From Octopus bimaculoides (taxonomy: Eukaryota): a stretch of 48,217 bases of DNA. The number at the start of each line of letters is the position of its first letter. Position 1 is the first letter of the stretch. The stretch is taken from NCBI RefSeq assembly GCF_001194135.2, contig NC_068983.1:90843995-90892211 (forward strand), read 5' to 3'. The position numbers were made by a program, and so were the translations under genes. Positions 48,054 to 48,217 of this stretch are shown here, one piece after another. Below the pieces are notes generated by a model. That model ran no database searches and was not told the origin of the DNA. It saw only the letters and a list, made by a program, of their open reading frames with translations.

Positions 48054-48217
48054 GGCGTAGGAGTGGCTGTGTGGTAAGTAGCTTGCTTACCAACCACATG
48101 GTTCCGGGTTCAGTCCCACTGCGTGGCACCTTGGGCAAGTGTCTTCTACTATAGCCTCGGGCCGACCAAAGCCTTGTGAGTGGATTTGGTAGACGGAAAC
48201 TGAAAGAAGCCTGTCGT
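48054..48217 (+). mobile_element. tRNA-derived SINE, 5' half, cut by the window end; looks little decayed
   Basis: ggcgtaggagtggctgtgtggtaagtagcttgcttaccaaccacatggttccgggttcagtcccactgcgtggcaccttgggcaagtgtctt; CpGs are retained. Confidence 0.9.

Overview
Eukaryotic, AT-rich, microsatellite-rich draft-assembly window with several N gaps. The SINE, RTE and Penelope repeat mix suggests an octopus genome (inference, not a database result). The only host gene found is the 5' part of a staufen dsRNA-binding protein gene on the + strand. It has three phase-compatible coding exons (4495-4573, 26219-26691, 28939-29143) encoding a ~167-aa Asn/Ser/Gln/Met-rich N-terminus and a complete dsRBD1; later exons were not found in the window. 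The introns are a nested transposon graveyard: about eight RTE-clade LINE pieces (one near full length), two CR1/L2-group LINEs, two Penelope-like element (PLE) families, tRNA-derived SINEs, a complete but decayed DD34D mariner, and Tc1, DD37D, Tigger and hAT remnants. Hand folding found PLE-type hammerhead ribozyme motifs: one near-intact motif in a 296-bp TSD-flanked mini-element, one G12A copy on the staufen sense strand, one decayed copy, and one half-motif inside a 51-bp hairpin. Also seen are two 5'-inverted retro-insertions and several inverted repeats that could form long dsRNA in the pre-mRNA of this dsRNA-binding protein. No prokaryotic-type system (CRISPR, operon) is present. Repeat boundaries are approximate unless TSD/TIR coordinates are given; all alignments were done by eye.
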